Positions 11,197 through 20,900 of a stretch of 64,000 nt of DNA are shown here, in pieces. The DNA is from an uncultured delta proteobacterium (GTDB lineage Bacteria; Myxococcota_A; Polyangia; Haliangiales; Haliangiaceae). The stretch lies in contig CAWKDB010000010.1 in NCBI GenBank assembly GCA_963848295.1, positions 4,512,001-4,576,000 on the forward strand. Reading direction: 5' to 3'. A program made the translations under genes and the position numbers. The notes beneath the pieces were generated by a model. The model saw only the letters and a list, made by a program, of their open reading frames with translations. It ran no database searches and had not been told where the DNA came from. Positions within the stretch are counted from its first letter, which is position 1. Each line of letters begins with the position of its first letter.

Positions 11197-12894
11197 CTAG
11201 TTCGCGCTCTGCGGCAGCGAGCACCATGGCGTGAGGCCGGCGACCGGCAGCACGACATCGTTGGTCGCGCCGGACTGGTCGCACTCTTCGTCGGCGCTCC
11301 ACGCGTTCCAGTCGCCCGAGCGGCCGAGCGACGACGCGTAGCTCGTGAACGGATCGTAGCCACCGTTCGTCATCGCGAACACCGTCGGATCGACGCAGCC
11401 GCCTTGGGCTTGGGTCGTCTCGTATTGCTCGATGATCTGGTACATCGCGCTGGTCGTGTGGTCCCAGCAGCACGTTCGCGAGCTGGCGTAGGCGAGCGGG
11501 GCGAACACGTAGTCGTCGATCGTGCGGTACTGGGTGTCGACCGCGACCTGGTCCATGCCGAAGTTTGCGGCCATCAGCGTGTAGAGCTGGCCGAACGCTT
11601 GCTCGCGATCGGTGCGCGCGGCGCACGACGACGGATGGCTCGCGAGGTACGTGCGCTTTTCTTGGATCACGCCGACCAGCTGGTCGCGCTCCGCTCTCGG
11701 ATCGGGGTCGCCGAGGATCTCGCCGAACTTCGCGACCCGCGCCGCGATCGCATCGTAGTCCGTGTCGTTGATCCAGCTCGCTTCATCGGCGTTCATCCAC
11801 GTGTTCATCCACTTGCCGTCGTGGACCTTGGCGACGCGGAAGCGCTTGAGCCCGCCGTTGAGGTGCGAGTACGGCGTGTCGCCGCCGTATGCGGTGTTGA
11901 GATCCGGACCGCCCGCCTCGGGCGTGGTGAACAAGCTGCGGGTCTCGCCTGGGTCCTGCCACTCCGGCTGCGCCGGCGGATCGTTGCCGTAGATCGCTTC
12001 CGCTTGCATCAGGCCGCCGCCGAGCTGAGTGACGCGGGTGATCACGGTCGTGTGGCCATCGACGGTCGGAGCGCGCGCGAACATCAGGACGTCGCCGGTG
12101 CGCAAGGCTTCAGGTACGAGGTTGTACGTGTTGCGGCCGTCGACCATGTTGTGCGAGCCGAGGTACGCCTGCGTGAACATGATCAGGCGCGCGGCACGCT
12201 TGTTGAGGTGGATCTCGTCGAGGAATGCGCCGAGGCGTGCACCCGGGCCGAGATTCGGCAGGTCGTCGCCCGACGAGATGCCGCTGGTGCGCAGCGACGT
12301 GTCCTCGGGCCAGCTCGCGCCGTACTGCGCCGGCGATTCGTTGGAGTAGTCCGCATAAGCGGTCGCCCACGACGACGAGTGCGACCACTTGCCGGCCGCG
12401 GTGCGAACGCCGAAGTGGCCGAAAAACACCGGCGTCGCACCGTCGTAGCCGACCATGTAGAACGGCAGGTGATACCAAGCGGAGAACGACATCCGCAGCA
12501 TGATCGCGAGATCGGCGCAGTCGAGCTTCGGACCTGGCACTGACTTACCGAAGGGCGTCGAGATCGTGACGGTCGTGAACGAGCCGTCGAGGTTCGGAAT
12601 CTGTTGGAGCGAGCCGACCCACGCCGCGAACTTCTGATCCCAGTCGAGCCCGCTGTTCGCGCTCCACGCGATACCAGCGGCCTGCGCGGCAGCGCTGTCG
12701 GTGTCTTCCCATTGATTCGAGACGGTCCACGCTTGGGTCGCCGAGTAGTCGCCGTCGACCGGCAGCGACGGAACACCGACCGAATCTTCCTTGCCCAGTG
12801 GCGGGCCCGGATCGAGCTCGGTCGTGGACGTGTCGCCGCTGGCGCACGAGGTGGCGGCGATGGCAACGGTGAGCGCGATGAGGAAACGACGCAT
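11197..12894 (-). CDS. Uncharacterised lipoprotein, possible Cys-His hydrolase
   Basis: MRRFLIALTVAIAATSC lipobox; GKED motif; DCAD and DGHT motifs. Confidence 0.75.
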   Translation of the reverse strand: MRRFLIALTVAIAATSCASGDTSTTELDPGPPLGKEDSVGVPSLPVDGDYSATQAWTVSNQWEDTDSAAAQAAGIAWSANSGLDWDQKFAAWVGSLQQIPNLDGSFTTVTISTPFGKSVPGPKLDCADLAIMLRMSFSAWYHLPFYMVGYDGATPVFFGHFGVRTAAGKWSHSSSWATAYADYSNESPAQYGASWPEDTSLRTSGISSGDDLPNLGPGARLGAFLDEIHLNKRAARLIMFTQAYLGSHNMVDGRNTYNLVPEALRTGDVLMFARAPTVDGHTTVITRVTQLGGGLMQAEAIYGNDPPAQPEWQDPGETRSLFTTPEAGGPDLNTAYGGDTPYSHLNGGLKRFRVAKVHDGKWMNTWMNADEASWINDTDYDAIAARVAKFGEILGDPDPRAERDQLVGVIQEKRTYLASHPSSCAARTDREQAFGQLYTLMAANFGMDQVAVDTQYRTIDDYVFAPLAYASSRTCCWDHTTSAMYQIIEQYETTQAQGGCVDPTVFAMTNGGYDPFTSYASSLGRSGDWNAWSADEECDQSGATNDVVLPVAGLTPWCSLPQSAN

Positions 12895-13014
12895 GGCACG
12901 AGGCATACGCACGACCTGGGCCAAATGCCCCACCCATGGATCCGAGGGCCTACGGGAGCAACTCCGTCAGGCGGCAACTCGATCAGCCGGCGATCGAAGC
13001 GACGGCTGTCACCA

Positions 13015-13309
13015 TCACATGCCGGCGTCGACCAGCGATGGCCCGTCACGCGTGGCGCGGTCACAGGCCTCGAGGTGGTCACCGCCGACGTCGACGACGG
13101 TGCACTCGTACGTCGCATAGCGACCGCAGCCGCTCGCGCGATAGGCCTCGCCGCCGAGCGCCTCCAGGTCGAGCTGGTCGGTCGCGCACGGGAACTCCTG
13201 CGACGCGCGCTGCAGGACGATCGCCTCGAAATCGCGGTCGAGCTGCGCCTGGTCCGGCAGTCCATCAACACAGCTCGCAAGCATCATCGCGATCAACCCA
13301 TCGCCTCAT
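13015..13309 (-). CDS. Small lipoprotein with apparent +1 frameshift in the signal peptide
   Basis: Removing one G from ATGAGGCGATGGGTTGATC gives MRRWLIAMMLASC; RASQEFPC...YRASGCGRYATYEC. Confidence 0.6.
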
Positions 13310-13345
13310 GGGTCGAGCCTGCCGGTCGACTCTCGCCCGTGCGAG

Positions 13346-14509
13346 TTAAGACTTCTTCGTCGTCTTCGCGAGCAGGTCGCCGAACGTACCGAGCTTGTTC
13401 GGGGCCTTCGGCGCGGCAGCGACATCTTCGGGGCTCGCATCGTTCGACGCTGCGAGCGACAACCCGATGCGCCGGCGCTCGTGATCGACCGACACGACGG
13501 AGGCCTCGACCGTCTGTCCGACCGCAACGACTTCCTTGGGATGATTGATCCGTTTGCCGGCGCCGAGCTCGCTGATGTGGACGAGCCCCTCGACGCCGGG
13601 TGCGATCTCGACGAACGCGCCGAATGGCTGGAGCCGCGTGACCATGCCTTTGACGCGCGAGCCTTCGTGCAGGCTGGCGGTCGAATCGCGCCAGGGATCG
13701 TTCGCGAGCGCTTTGAGCGACAAGCTGATCCGCTCGCCTTTCTCGCCGGGCTCGATCTTGAGGACCGCGACGTCGATCTCCTGACCGAGTCCGAGCACGT
13801 CCTCGGGTTTGTCGACGCGCTGAAACCCGAGCTCGCTGACGTGCAGCATGCCCTCGATGCCGCCGAGATCGACGAACGCGCCGAACGGCTTGAACCCGAC
13901 GACCTTGCCGCGCAGCACGACCCCCGGCACGAGCTTCTTGCGGGTCTCGGCCGCGCGCTTCGCGTTGTCTTCTTCGAGTAAGGCGCGCCGCGACAGTACG
14001 AGGTTGCGCGGCTCGTACCGCGTGATCCGAAACGTCAGCCTCTGGCCGACGTACACCGCGAGGTCGTCGACGAACCGCGCCTCGATCTGCGATGCCGGGC
14101 AGAACCCGCGCACGCCCGAGACATCGACCGAGACACCGCCCTTGATGACCTCGGTCACCGTACCCTCCACTGGCAAGCCGAGCTCGGCCGCTTGCGCGAG
14201 CTCCGCGGACAGCTGCGGGCCGCGCATGACCTTCGTGCGCAGCATCAAGGTGCCACCCTGGTCGTTGACGACGCGCGCCTCGACCACGTCGCCGACCTTC
14301 ACGAGTAGCTTGTCGTCGGAGTCGCTCACCTGATTGCGGTCGAGCTGGCCTTCGGCTTTGCCGCCGATGTCGACGAACACGGCTTCCTTGCCGATCGTCA
14401 CGATCTTGCCTTTGATCAGATCGCCGACTCGCGGACGCTTGCCTGCCTTCGGTTGGCCGCGCTCGCTCTCGGCAAGCATCGCGGCAAAGTCGTCGTCGTC
14501 GTCCGCCAT
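13346..14509 (-). CDS. S1 RNA-binding domain protein (RpsA-like, four S1 domains)
   Basis: VFVDIGGKAEG, GFCPASQI, FGAFVDLGGIEGMLHVSEL, FGAFVEIAPGVEGLVHISEL. Confidence 0.92.
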   Translation of the reverse strand: MADDDDDFAAMLAESERGQPKAGKRPRVGDLIKGKIVTIGKEAVFVDIGGKAEGQLDRNQVSDSDDKLLVKVGDVVEARVVNDQGGTLMLRTKVMRGPQLSAELAQAAELGLPVEGTVTEVIKGGVSVDVSGVRGFCPASQIEARFVDDLAVYVGQRLTFRITRYEPRNLVLSRRALLEEDNAKRAAETRKKLVPGVVLRGKVVGFKPFGAFVDLGGIEGMLHVSELGFQRVDKPEDVLGLGQEIDVAVLKIEPGEKGERISLSLKALANDPWRDSTASLHEGSRVKGMVTRLQPFGAFVEIAPGVEGLVHISELGAGKRINHPKEVVAVGQTVEASVVSVDHERRRIGLSLAASNDASPEDVAAAPKAPNKLGTFGDLLAKTTKKS

Positions 14510-14644
14510 CGCGCGCAGCCTACTGGAATCGTCGGCCGCGCGGGGCGCCGATGCGTGGAATCATGTCGCCGTCACAGGTCGAGCCGCGCAGTCGACGCGC
14601 GGTCCGTCCGCCAAAGTCGCCGCCGCGACATACCGCCGCCGAAC

Positions 14645-14758
14645 GGTGCCGGAATCAAGCACTGTCGTTCCTGCAAGGGTGCTGGAATCAAGCACTGTCG
14701 TTCCTGCGAGGGTGCCGGAATCAAGCACTGTCGTTCCTGCGAGGCTGCCGGAATCAAG
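14645..14758. repeat. 33-bp tandem repeat, ~3.5 copies, intergenic
   Basis: GGTGCCGGAATCAAGCACTGTCGTTCCTGCRAG at 14645, 14678 and 14711, partial at 14744; no spacers. Confidence 0.95.
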
Positions 14759-14792
14759 GCGCGGAAGCGTCGCCGTTCGGGCGACGGGCGGG

Positions 14793-15761
14793 CTAGTTCG
14801 ACGCGACGCGCATCTCCTGCGCCGACTTCTTCGGCAGCGTCACCGTGGCGCCGACGCTCGCCGTGCTCTCGATCGGGGCGGTCGTCGTGTTAACCGGCGT
14901 GGCGGCCTTCGCCGCGAGGCCGAGGAACCCAGCCTTGCGCATCGCCCAGTCCCACATCCGGGTCGGGAGCATCGCGCTCATCCAAAAGATCATCGCGTTG
15001 AACCGCGGCGCGACGTAGCGCGCCCATGGCCGACGGGCGCGGACTGCGCGTGCGATCGCCTTCGCGATGACGATCGGCTCGCCAGCGAACCGGTTCGCGA
15101 TCTTCGACATCTGCTCCTGCTTCGCCATCGATGCGCCATAGACCGAGTCCTTGAACTGCTCGGTGTTCGCAAGCGCGGTCGCTTCGAAGTTGGTCTTGAT
15201 CACGCCGGGTTCGATCAAGACGACGCTGATCCCGAACGGCTGCAGCTCGTAGCGCAGCGCATCCGACATCGCCTCGACCGCGTACTTCGTCGCGTTGTAG
15301 ACCCCGAAGAATGGCAGCGTGATCTTTCCACCGACGCTCGAGACGTTGATGATCCGGCCGGAGCGGCGATCGCGCATCTGCGGGATAAACGCGCGCGTCA
15401 CGTTGATCAGACCGAACACGTTGGTCTCGAATTGACGTCGAGTCTCCGAGTCGGAGATCTCGGACGTCGGCCCGAGCACGCCGAAGCCGGCGTTGTTGAC
15501 GAGGACGTCGAGGCCATGACCGCCGGTCAGGCGGTTGACTTCCGACACCGAGTCCGCGATCGACGTGATCGAGGTGACATCGAGGACGAGCGTATCGAGC
15601 TTGAGCCCGATCTCCGTCGCCTCCGCTTTGAGCTTCGCGAGCTCGACGACTTTGCGACCGCTCGCGATCACATGGTGACCTTGGCGGGCTAGGTGAAGGG
15701 CAGTGCTGCGGCCAATGCCCGCGGTGGCTCCAGTGATCAGAACGGTCTTCGAGGTCGACAT
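14793..15761 (-). CDS. Short-chain dehydrogenase/reductase
   Basis: TGATAGIG, NNAGFG, YNATK; AGGAG RBS. Confidence 0.93.
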   Translation of the reverse strand: MSTSKTVLITGATAGIGRSTALHLARQGHHVIASGRKVVELAKLKAEATEIGLKLDTLVLDVTSITSIADSVSEVNRLTGGHGLDVLVNNAGFGVLGPTSEISDSETRRQFETNVFGLINVTRAFIPQMRDRRSGRIINVSSVGGKITLPFFGVYNATKYAVEAMSDALRYELQPFGISVVLIEPGVIKTNFEATALANTEQFKDSVYGASMAKQEQMSKIANRFAGEPIVIAKAIARAVRARRPWARYVAPRFNAMIFWMSAMLPTRMWDWAMRKAGFLGLAAKAATPVNTTTAPIESTASVGATVTLPKKSAQEMRVASN

Positions 15762-15782
15762 GGCGTGGCTCCTACTGGTTGT

Positions 15783-15800
15783 GGAATGAACATTCATTCC
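15783..15800. promoter_or_regulatory. TetR operator upstream of the SDR gene
   Basis: GGAATGAA-CA-TTCATTCC inverted repeat; near-identical copy at 16546. Confidence 0.8.
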
Positions 15801-15847
15801 GATAAGGACTATGAAAAGACAAGTGATTACTTGCCCATCGAGAACAG

Positions 15848-16540
15848 CTAACTGCGAATCGCTTCCCAGATGCACTGACCGGCGAACAGCCAATCCGCCT
15901 GCGCGAGCGGCTGGTCGATCTCGACACAGCTTCGAATCACTCCGACGAACGCGCCCATCACGATGCCCATGAGCAGACGCGGCGCACCGCGCTTGAGCTC
16001 GCCCTTGGCTTGGGCGGCCGTGACGATGCCCGTGAACAGATCCATCATTCGCTGCTCGACCGCGCGGCTCTCGGCATCGAGGTAGCGCGCGTGGTGATGC
16101 AGCTCTAGAAATACGAATGCGCTCGGGTTGCCGACCGCAAATCCGGCCATCCGATCCCACAGCGTGCGGAACATCTCGCGGGCGGGCAGAGTGGGCGGAA
16201 AATCGTCGATGACGGCATGCGCGAACCGAGTCTTCTGCTCGCGGTACATCGCGTTGACGAGTGCTTCTTTAGATTCGAAGTAGCGGTAGATCGTGCCGGC
16301 ACCGACGCCCGCCTTGTCGGCGATCTCGGGCACGGCCGTGCCATAGAACCCGCGGTCCACAAACAACTCGAGCGCCGCCGAGACGATCGCCTCCCGCTTG
16401 TCGGTGCCGCGGCTGATCGTGCCTTGGCTGGGCCGAGTCGGCGCGATCGGCAAGCTGGCCGGCGGCGACTCGTAGACCCGGGCTGCCCCGTGGACCTGCC
16501 CGGTCATGACCGTCTTGCTGCCTTTCGTGGCCGCCGTCAT
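15848..16540 (-). CDS. TetR/AcrR family regulator
   Basis: AALELFVDRGFYGTAVPEIADKAGVGAGTIYRYFESKEAL. Confidence 0.93.
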   Translation of the reverse strand: MTAATKGSKTVMTGQVHGAARVYESPPASLPIAPTRPSQGTISRGTDKREAIVSAALELFVDRGFYGTAVPEIADKAGVGAGTIYRYFESKEALVNAMYREQKTRFAHAVIDDFPPTLPAREMFRTLWDRMAGFAVGNPSAFVFLELHHHARYLDAESRAVEQRMMDLFTGIVTAAQAKGELKRGAPRLLMGIVMGAFVGVIRSCVEIDQPLAQADWLFAGQCIWEAIRS

Positions 16541-16545
16541 CGCAG

Positions 16546-16563
16546 GGAATGAATATTCATTCC
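16546..16563. promoter_or_regulatory. TetR autoregulatory operator
   Basis: GGAATGAATATTCATTCC perfect 18-bp palindrome 5 nt upstream of the TetR start. Confidence 0.8.
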
Positions 16564-16730
16564 GCGACGAGTGCGCAAGTGGTTTCTTCGATCTTTGTTA
16601 TCGCCCACAGAAAATCCAAGTAATTCTATGTTATTGGGATGCCAACAGATCGGCGAGCAACGCCATGTGATCGGAGACGTCGCCAGTTCGTCGGTCGCTA
16701 AGGCGCTCATCGCGAACCCTCTATCGGAAA

Positions 16731-17516
16731 TCATCGCCTCGAACGAGGTCGTCGTGTTCCCTGGCGAGGGAAGGGTGTCGTTCGCCGGGCGCGCCGCGCC
16801 GGTGACTTCCGACCTGCGCGAGCTGCGCGAGTTGCGCGAGTTGCGCGAGCTGACGGAGCTCGCCGGTGCGCGCGCTGTTCACGCGCGACTTCGGCTTTCG
16901 ACATCGCCCAACTGCAGATCGGACAATCCGCCGGCGAGTGTCCCCGTGCGGGACAGTAGGTGCGGCCGAAGTAGATGATCTGGAGGTGCAATGCGCTCCA
17001 CCGATCGCGCGGAAACAGCGCTTTGAGGTCGCGTTCGGTTTGCTCGACGTTACGCGCTGCAGATAGCTGCCAGCGGCGCGCGAGGCGATGGATATGCGTG
17101 TCGACCGGGAACGCCGGTTCGCCGAACGCCTGCGCCATCACGACGCTCGCGGTCTTGTGGCCGACCCCGGCGAGCCCCTCGAGCGCAGCGAAGTCGCGCG
17201 GCACCTCGCCGCGGTGCTCCGTGACAACGGCGCGAGCGAGCGCCGCGAGGTGCTTCGCCTTGCTGCCGGCGAGCCCGCAGGTGCGGATGAACGGCAAGAT
17301 CTGCGCTGGAGTCATCTGCGCCATCACCGCGGCGGTCGGCGCGCGCGCGAACAGCGCCGGTGTGACCTGGTTGACGCGCGCGTCGGTGCACTGCGCGGAC
17401 AGCACGACTGCAACGATCAGCTGGAACGGGTCGCCGTGATCGAGCGGGATCGCCGGCTCCGGAAACTTGTCTTCGAGGATCGCCGCGATTCTTGCGGCGC
17501 GCTGTTGGCGATTCAT
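16731..17516 (-). CDS. nth: Endonuclease III DNA glycosylase/AP lyase with basic C-terminal tail
   Basis: VVLSAQCTDARVN, LAGVGHKTASVV (HhH), FPVDTHIHR, CPARGHSPADCPIC. Confidence 0.93.
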   Translation of the reverse strand: MNRQQRAARIAAILEDKFPEPAIPLDHGDPFQLIVAVVLSAQCTDARVNQVTPALFARAPTAAVMAQMTPAQILPFIRTCGLAGSKAKHLAALARAVVTEHRGEVPRDFAALEGLAGVGHKTASVVMAQAFGEPAFPVDTHIHRLARRWQLSAARNVEQTERDLKALFPRDRWSALHLQIIYFGRTYCPARGHSPADCPICSWAMSKAEVAREQRAHRRAPSARATRATRAARAGRKSPARRARRTTPFPRQGTRRPRSRR

Positions 17517-17695
17517 GACGCGCGATTCCAAGTCGACAAGGATCGCCGCGACTGTTGCGGCGCGCTGTACGGTTACATCACCCTCGGTCGAAGACATCGA
17601 GGATCGCCGCGATCTTGCCGCTCGCTGTTCGCATTTTACGGCGTGCGTTTCAGGCCGGCGCTCGCGGGCGAGGTAGGGTATGGGCGTTCCCGGCC

Positions 17696-17893
17696 GGTGC
17701 GCGCGCGTTCTCAGCGGGTGCGCGCGCTCTCGGCGGGTGCGCCCGCGTTCTCGGCGGGTGCGCGCGCTCTCTCGGCGGGTGCGCGCGCGTTCTCAGCGGG
17801 TGCGCGCGCTCTCGGCGGGTGCGCCCGCGTTCTCGGCGGGTGCGCGCGCTCTCTCGGCGGGTGCGCCCGCGTTCTCGGCGGGTGCGCGCGCGT
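17696..17893. repeat. 19-21-bp tandem array (~9.6 units) containing an 82-bp higher-order duplication
   Basis: Units GGTGCGC(G/C)CGC...CTC(A/G)GCG in the order A B C D A B C D C plus a partial unit. Confidence 0.92.
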
Positions 17894-17922
17894 CGTGCCG
17901 AGACGGCGAGACCACGTGGCGG

Positions 17923-20900
17923 TCACAGCGGCAAGGCGGCTTGCGGCGCGGTCACGGTGGGACGCGGCGGCGGGAAGTACGTCAGCTCCTCGTCGACCCG
18001 GGCGCCGGTCATCAGCGGCACGCGGTGGACGAGCTCGCCGGCTTCGAGTGACGCGACCGGATGGCCATCGAGATACAACACCGCGTTGCCGACGATCGCG
18101 GCGACCCGCGGGCCCGGCGACAACACGCCGACGAGGTTCAGCGGATCGGTCGCCGCGATGCGCACGGCTTCGCCGCCGCCGCCGATCGCCGGGTTGCGGA
18201 CCGCGCGCAATTCGTCGAGCGCTTCGGGTAGCGCGAACTGCTCGCCGATGAACCCGGTAACGAATCGGCCGCCGCGGATCTCGCCGCGCGCCTCGAGGCG
18301 ACGCAAGGCCACGAGCAGATCGCGCCATGGCGGCAACCCGGATTCGCGCAGTAACAAGTCGCGGAACACGACGCCGTAGCGGCGCAGCAGCTGGCGCGCC
18401 GACGCTTCGACGTCGATCGCTTCGATCGGCGCCGGTGCGAGCAACGACCAGCGACCCGATGCGGTCGGCAACGAGCGCAACGCGTGTCCGGGGCGCGCGC
18501 GGTCGCGATGGCGCGCTCGCTTGATCGCGTCTTGCCACTTGCGGACGGTTGGCGGAGTCGACGCGCGATCGAAGTGACTCTTGACCTCGCCACGGCGGCG
18601 ATCGACGAGCACGCGCAAGCTCGCGAAGCCGTCGGCGGTCGCGATGCCGGCGCCGACGAGCTCCCACAGGGCATCCTCGACCTCGTCGGGCGGAGCATCG
18701 ATCGCCGCGACGAGATCGCCGAGGAATGACGCACCGGTCGACGCGAGGTAGTCGCGGACACGGGCCGCGATCGGTCCGAGCGCCGGTGGCTCGGCGGACA
18801 GCGCGGCGGCACGCAACCACGCCGAGTCCGCGCGCAGCATCAGGGTCAGCGGCGCCGAGCGAGAGGGTGCACTGCGCGTCTTCGGCGCGCCGGGCGTCGC
18901 TTCGACAGAGGCGCGGGGCCCGTCGGTAGGGCTACCCGCGAGGGGCGAGCCGCTGCGGTCGACGCGCGCGACGGCACGATCCCACGCGGAGACCGGTACG
19001 GCTGGTGTCTCGACGGTCGAGACGCGCGCCCGGCCATCAGCACGGTCGGAGGGCGGCGCGGTTAGATCGATCGCCGGGACGCGCGCTCGGCCATCAGCAC
19101 GGTCGGAGGGCGGCGCGGTTAGATCGATCGCCGGGACGTGCGCCCGGCCGGGTGGCAGCGCGGTGAGATCGACGTCGGGGTTCTCGTTCGAGTTTGCGGG
19201 CACCGCTGGCTTGCGCTGCGCGTGAACGGTCGCCACGTCGGCGACCGTGCTGGCGTCGCCGATCTCGGGCTCGGTTTCGGCCGCGGGCTTGCGCGGGCTC
19301 AGCCGACACCACGTGACATGGCCAGCGAGGCACATCTGATCGAGCCAGCTCGGATCGTAGCCGTGCAAGCGCGCCGGCAAGAGCTCGCGCTCCCAGGCTC
19401 CGGCCGCGGTCTCGAACCCCTGCAGCTGCTCGACGACGCGCGCGAGCCCGTCCGCACCGATCACCTGCGTGTGGCGGGCGACGCGTTGCCAGCGCAACAA
19501 GAAGCGCATCAACGCCGCGGCGCTGACCGGCTCGATCTCGCGCCGCAACCGGGCGAGCGTCAGGCGATGGATGCGCGCGAGCACGCGGCGATTGCACCAC
19601 TCGACGTCGGCGAGCGCATCGTCGATCTCGGCGAGCGCCTGCTTCACGCTGCGCGGCGGCGCGGAAAAGCTACCGCGCAAGATCGCGCCATCGGCTTCGA
19701 GTGCGAGCAGCGCGGCGAGCACGTCGGGCAGCGGTAGCCCGAGCTCGGCGGCGAGCGCGCGCGAGCCGATCGGCCCGCGATGATCGAGGTGCGAGCCGAT
19801 CAGCTTGACGATCGCGGCCTCGCGCTCGGGCACATCGGCCCATGCCGGCGTCCCGATCGCAGGCGTGCATTCGACCGCTTCGCCGAGCATCGCGCGCGCG
19901 GCACCGAGGCGCTCAGTCGCGACCCACGCGGCGCAATCGCTATCGCCGTTCGTCCAACGCAGGCGGCACGCGCGACCCGCGCGCGCGAGCGTCTCGAACC
20001 AATCGCGCGGTGCGAGCGCCTCGGCGGCGGGCTCGGGCAATAGCCACAGCGCGAGCAACGCATCGTGCAGCTCGTCGATGTCGCGCACGGTCGGCGCGAC
20101 CTCCTCGGAGGCGAGCGCGATCGCCGCGTCGTCGAGCTGGCCCGACGCTTCGACGGCTTCGGCCGGCAAGCCGCGGCGCAATTGCACCGCGCGCGTTCGG
20201 CGCTCTTCGAGCGGCGCGTCGTCGAGAAACGCATACGGGTTTGCATTGAGCAGCTCGTGCGACAACGGGCTCGGCTCGACCGTGTCGCGCGTCATCACCT
20301 GGATCGCGCCGCTCTCGAGTTGCTCGAGCATGCCGCGCAGACCCTCGACGTCCATCGCCTCGACGAGGCAATCGCGCACGGTCTCGAAGACGAGCGGATG
20401 GTCCGGCACTTCGCGCGGTCCGACGATGTTCTCGCCGCACGCGAGCGCTTGCGGGAACACGACGCTCAACGTATCGGCGGCGCGCATCTTGATCAGATGC
20501 GGCGGCACCTTCTTGCCGTTCTTGCGACGCAGCACCGCGAGCGAACGCGTCACGTTCCACCGCCAGCGAATCTCGAACATCGGGCGATCGAGCAGCGCTT
20601 GCACGAGCGTCTCTCGCGCCTGGCCCGACGGCACGTACGCGAACACGCTGTCCAGTGCGAAGCTGTGCGGCTGGCCGAGCGAGATCACGATGCCGTCGTC
20701 GGTCGCCGACGCTTGCAGCTCGAAGTCGAACGACACGCAGAACTTCTTGCGCAGCGCCAAGCCCCACGCGCGATTGATCCGGCCGCCGAGCGGCGAGTGC
20801 AACACGAGCTGCATGCCGCCGGCTTCGTCGAAGAATCGCTCGGCGATGATCAAGTCGCCGCGCGGCAACGCACCGAGCGCGGCGCGCGACGCGGTCATGT

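Noticed and set aside
14657..14730. CAAGCACT in the 33-bp repeat matching the BoxR operator half-site
   Set aside because: Half-site only, non-palindromic and far from box genes; probably chance
14645..14758. CRISPR array from the 33-bp repeats
   Set aside because: Repeats are contiguous with no unique spacers, and there are no cas genes in the window
17696..17893. CRISPR array or coding repeat
   Set aside because: No spacers; 19-bp units break any consistent reading frame
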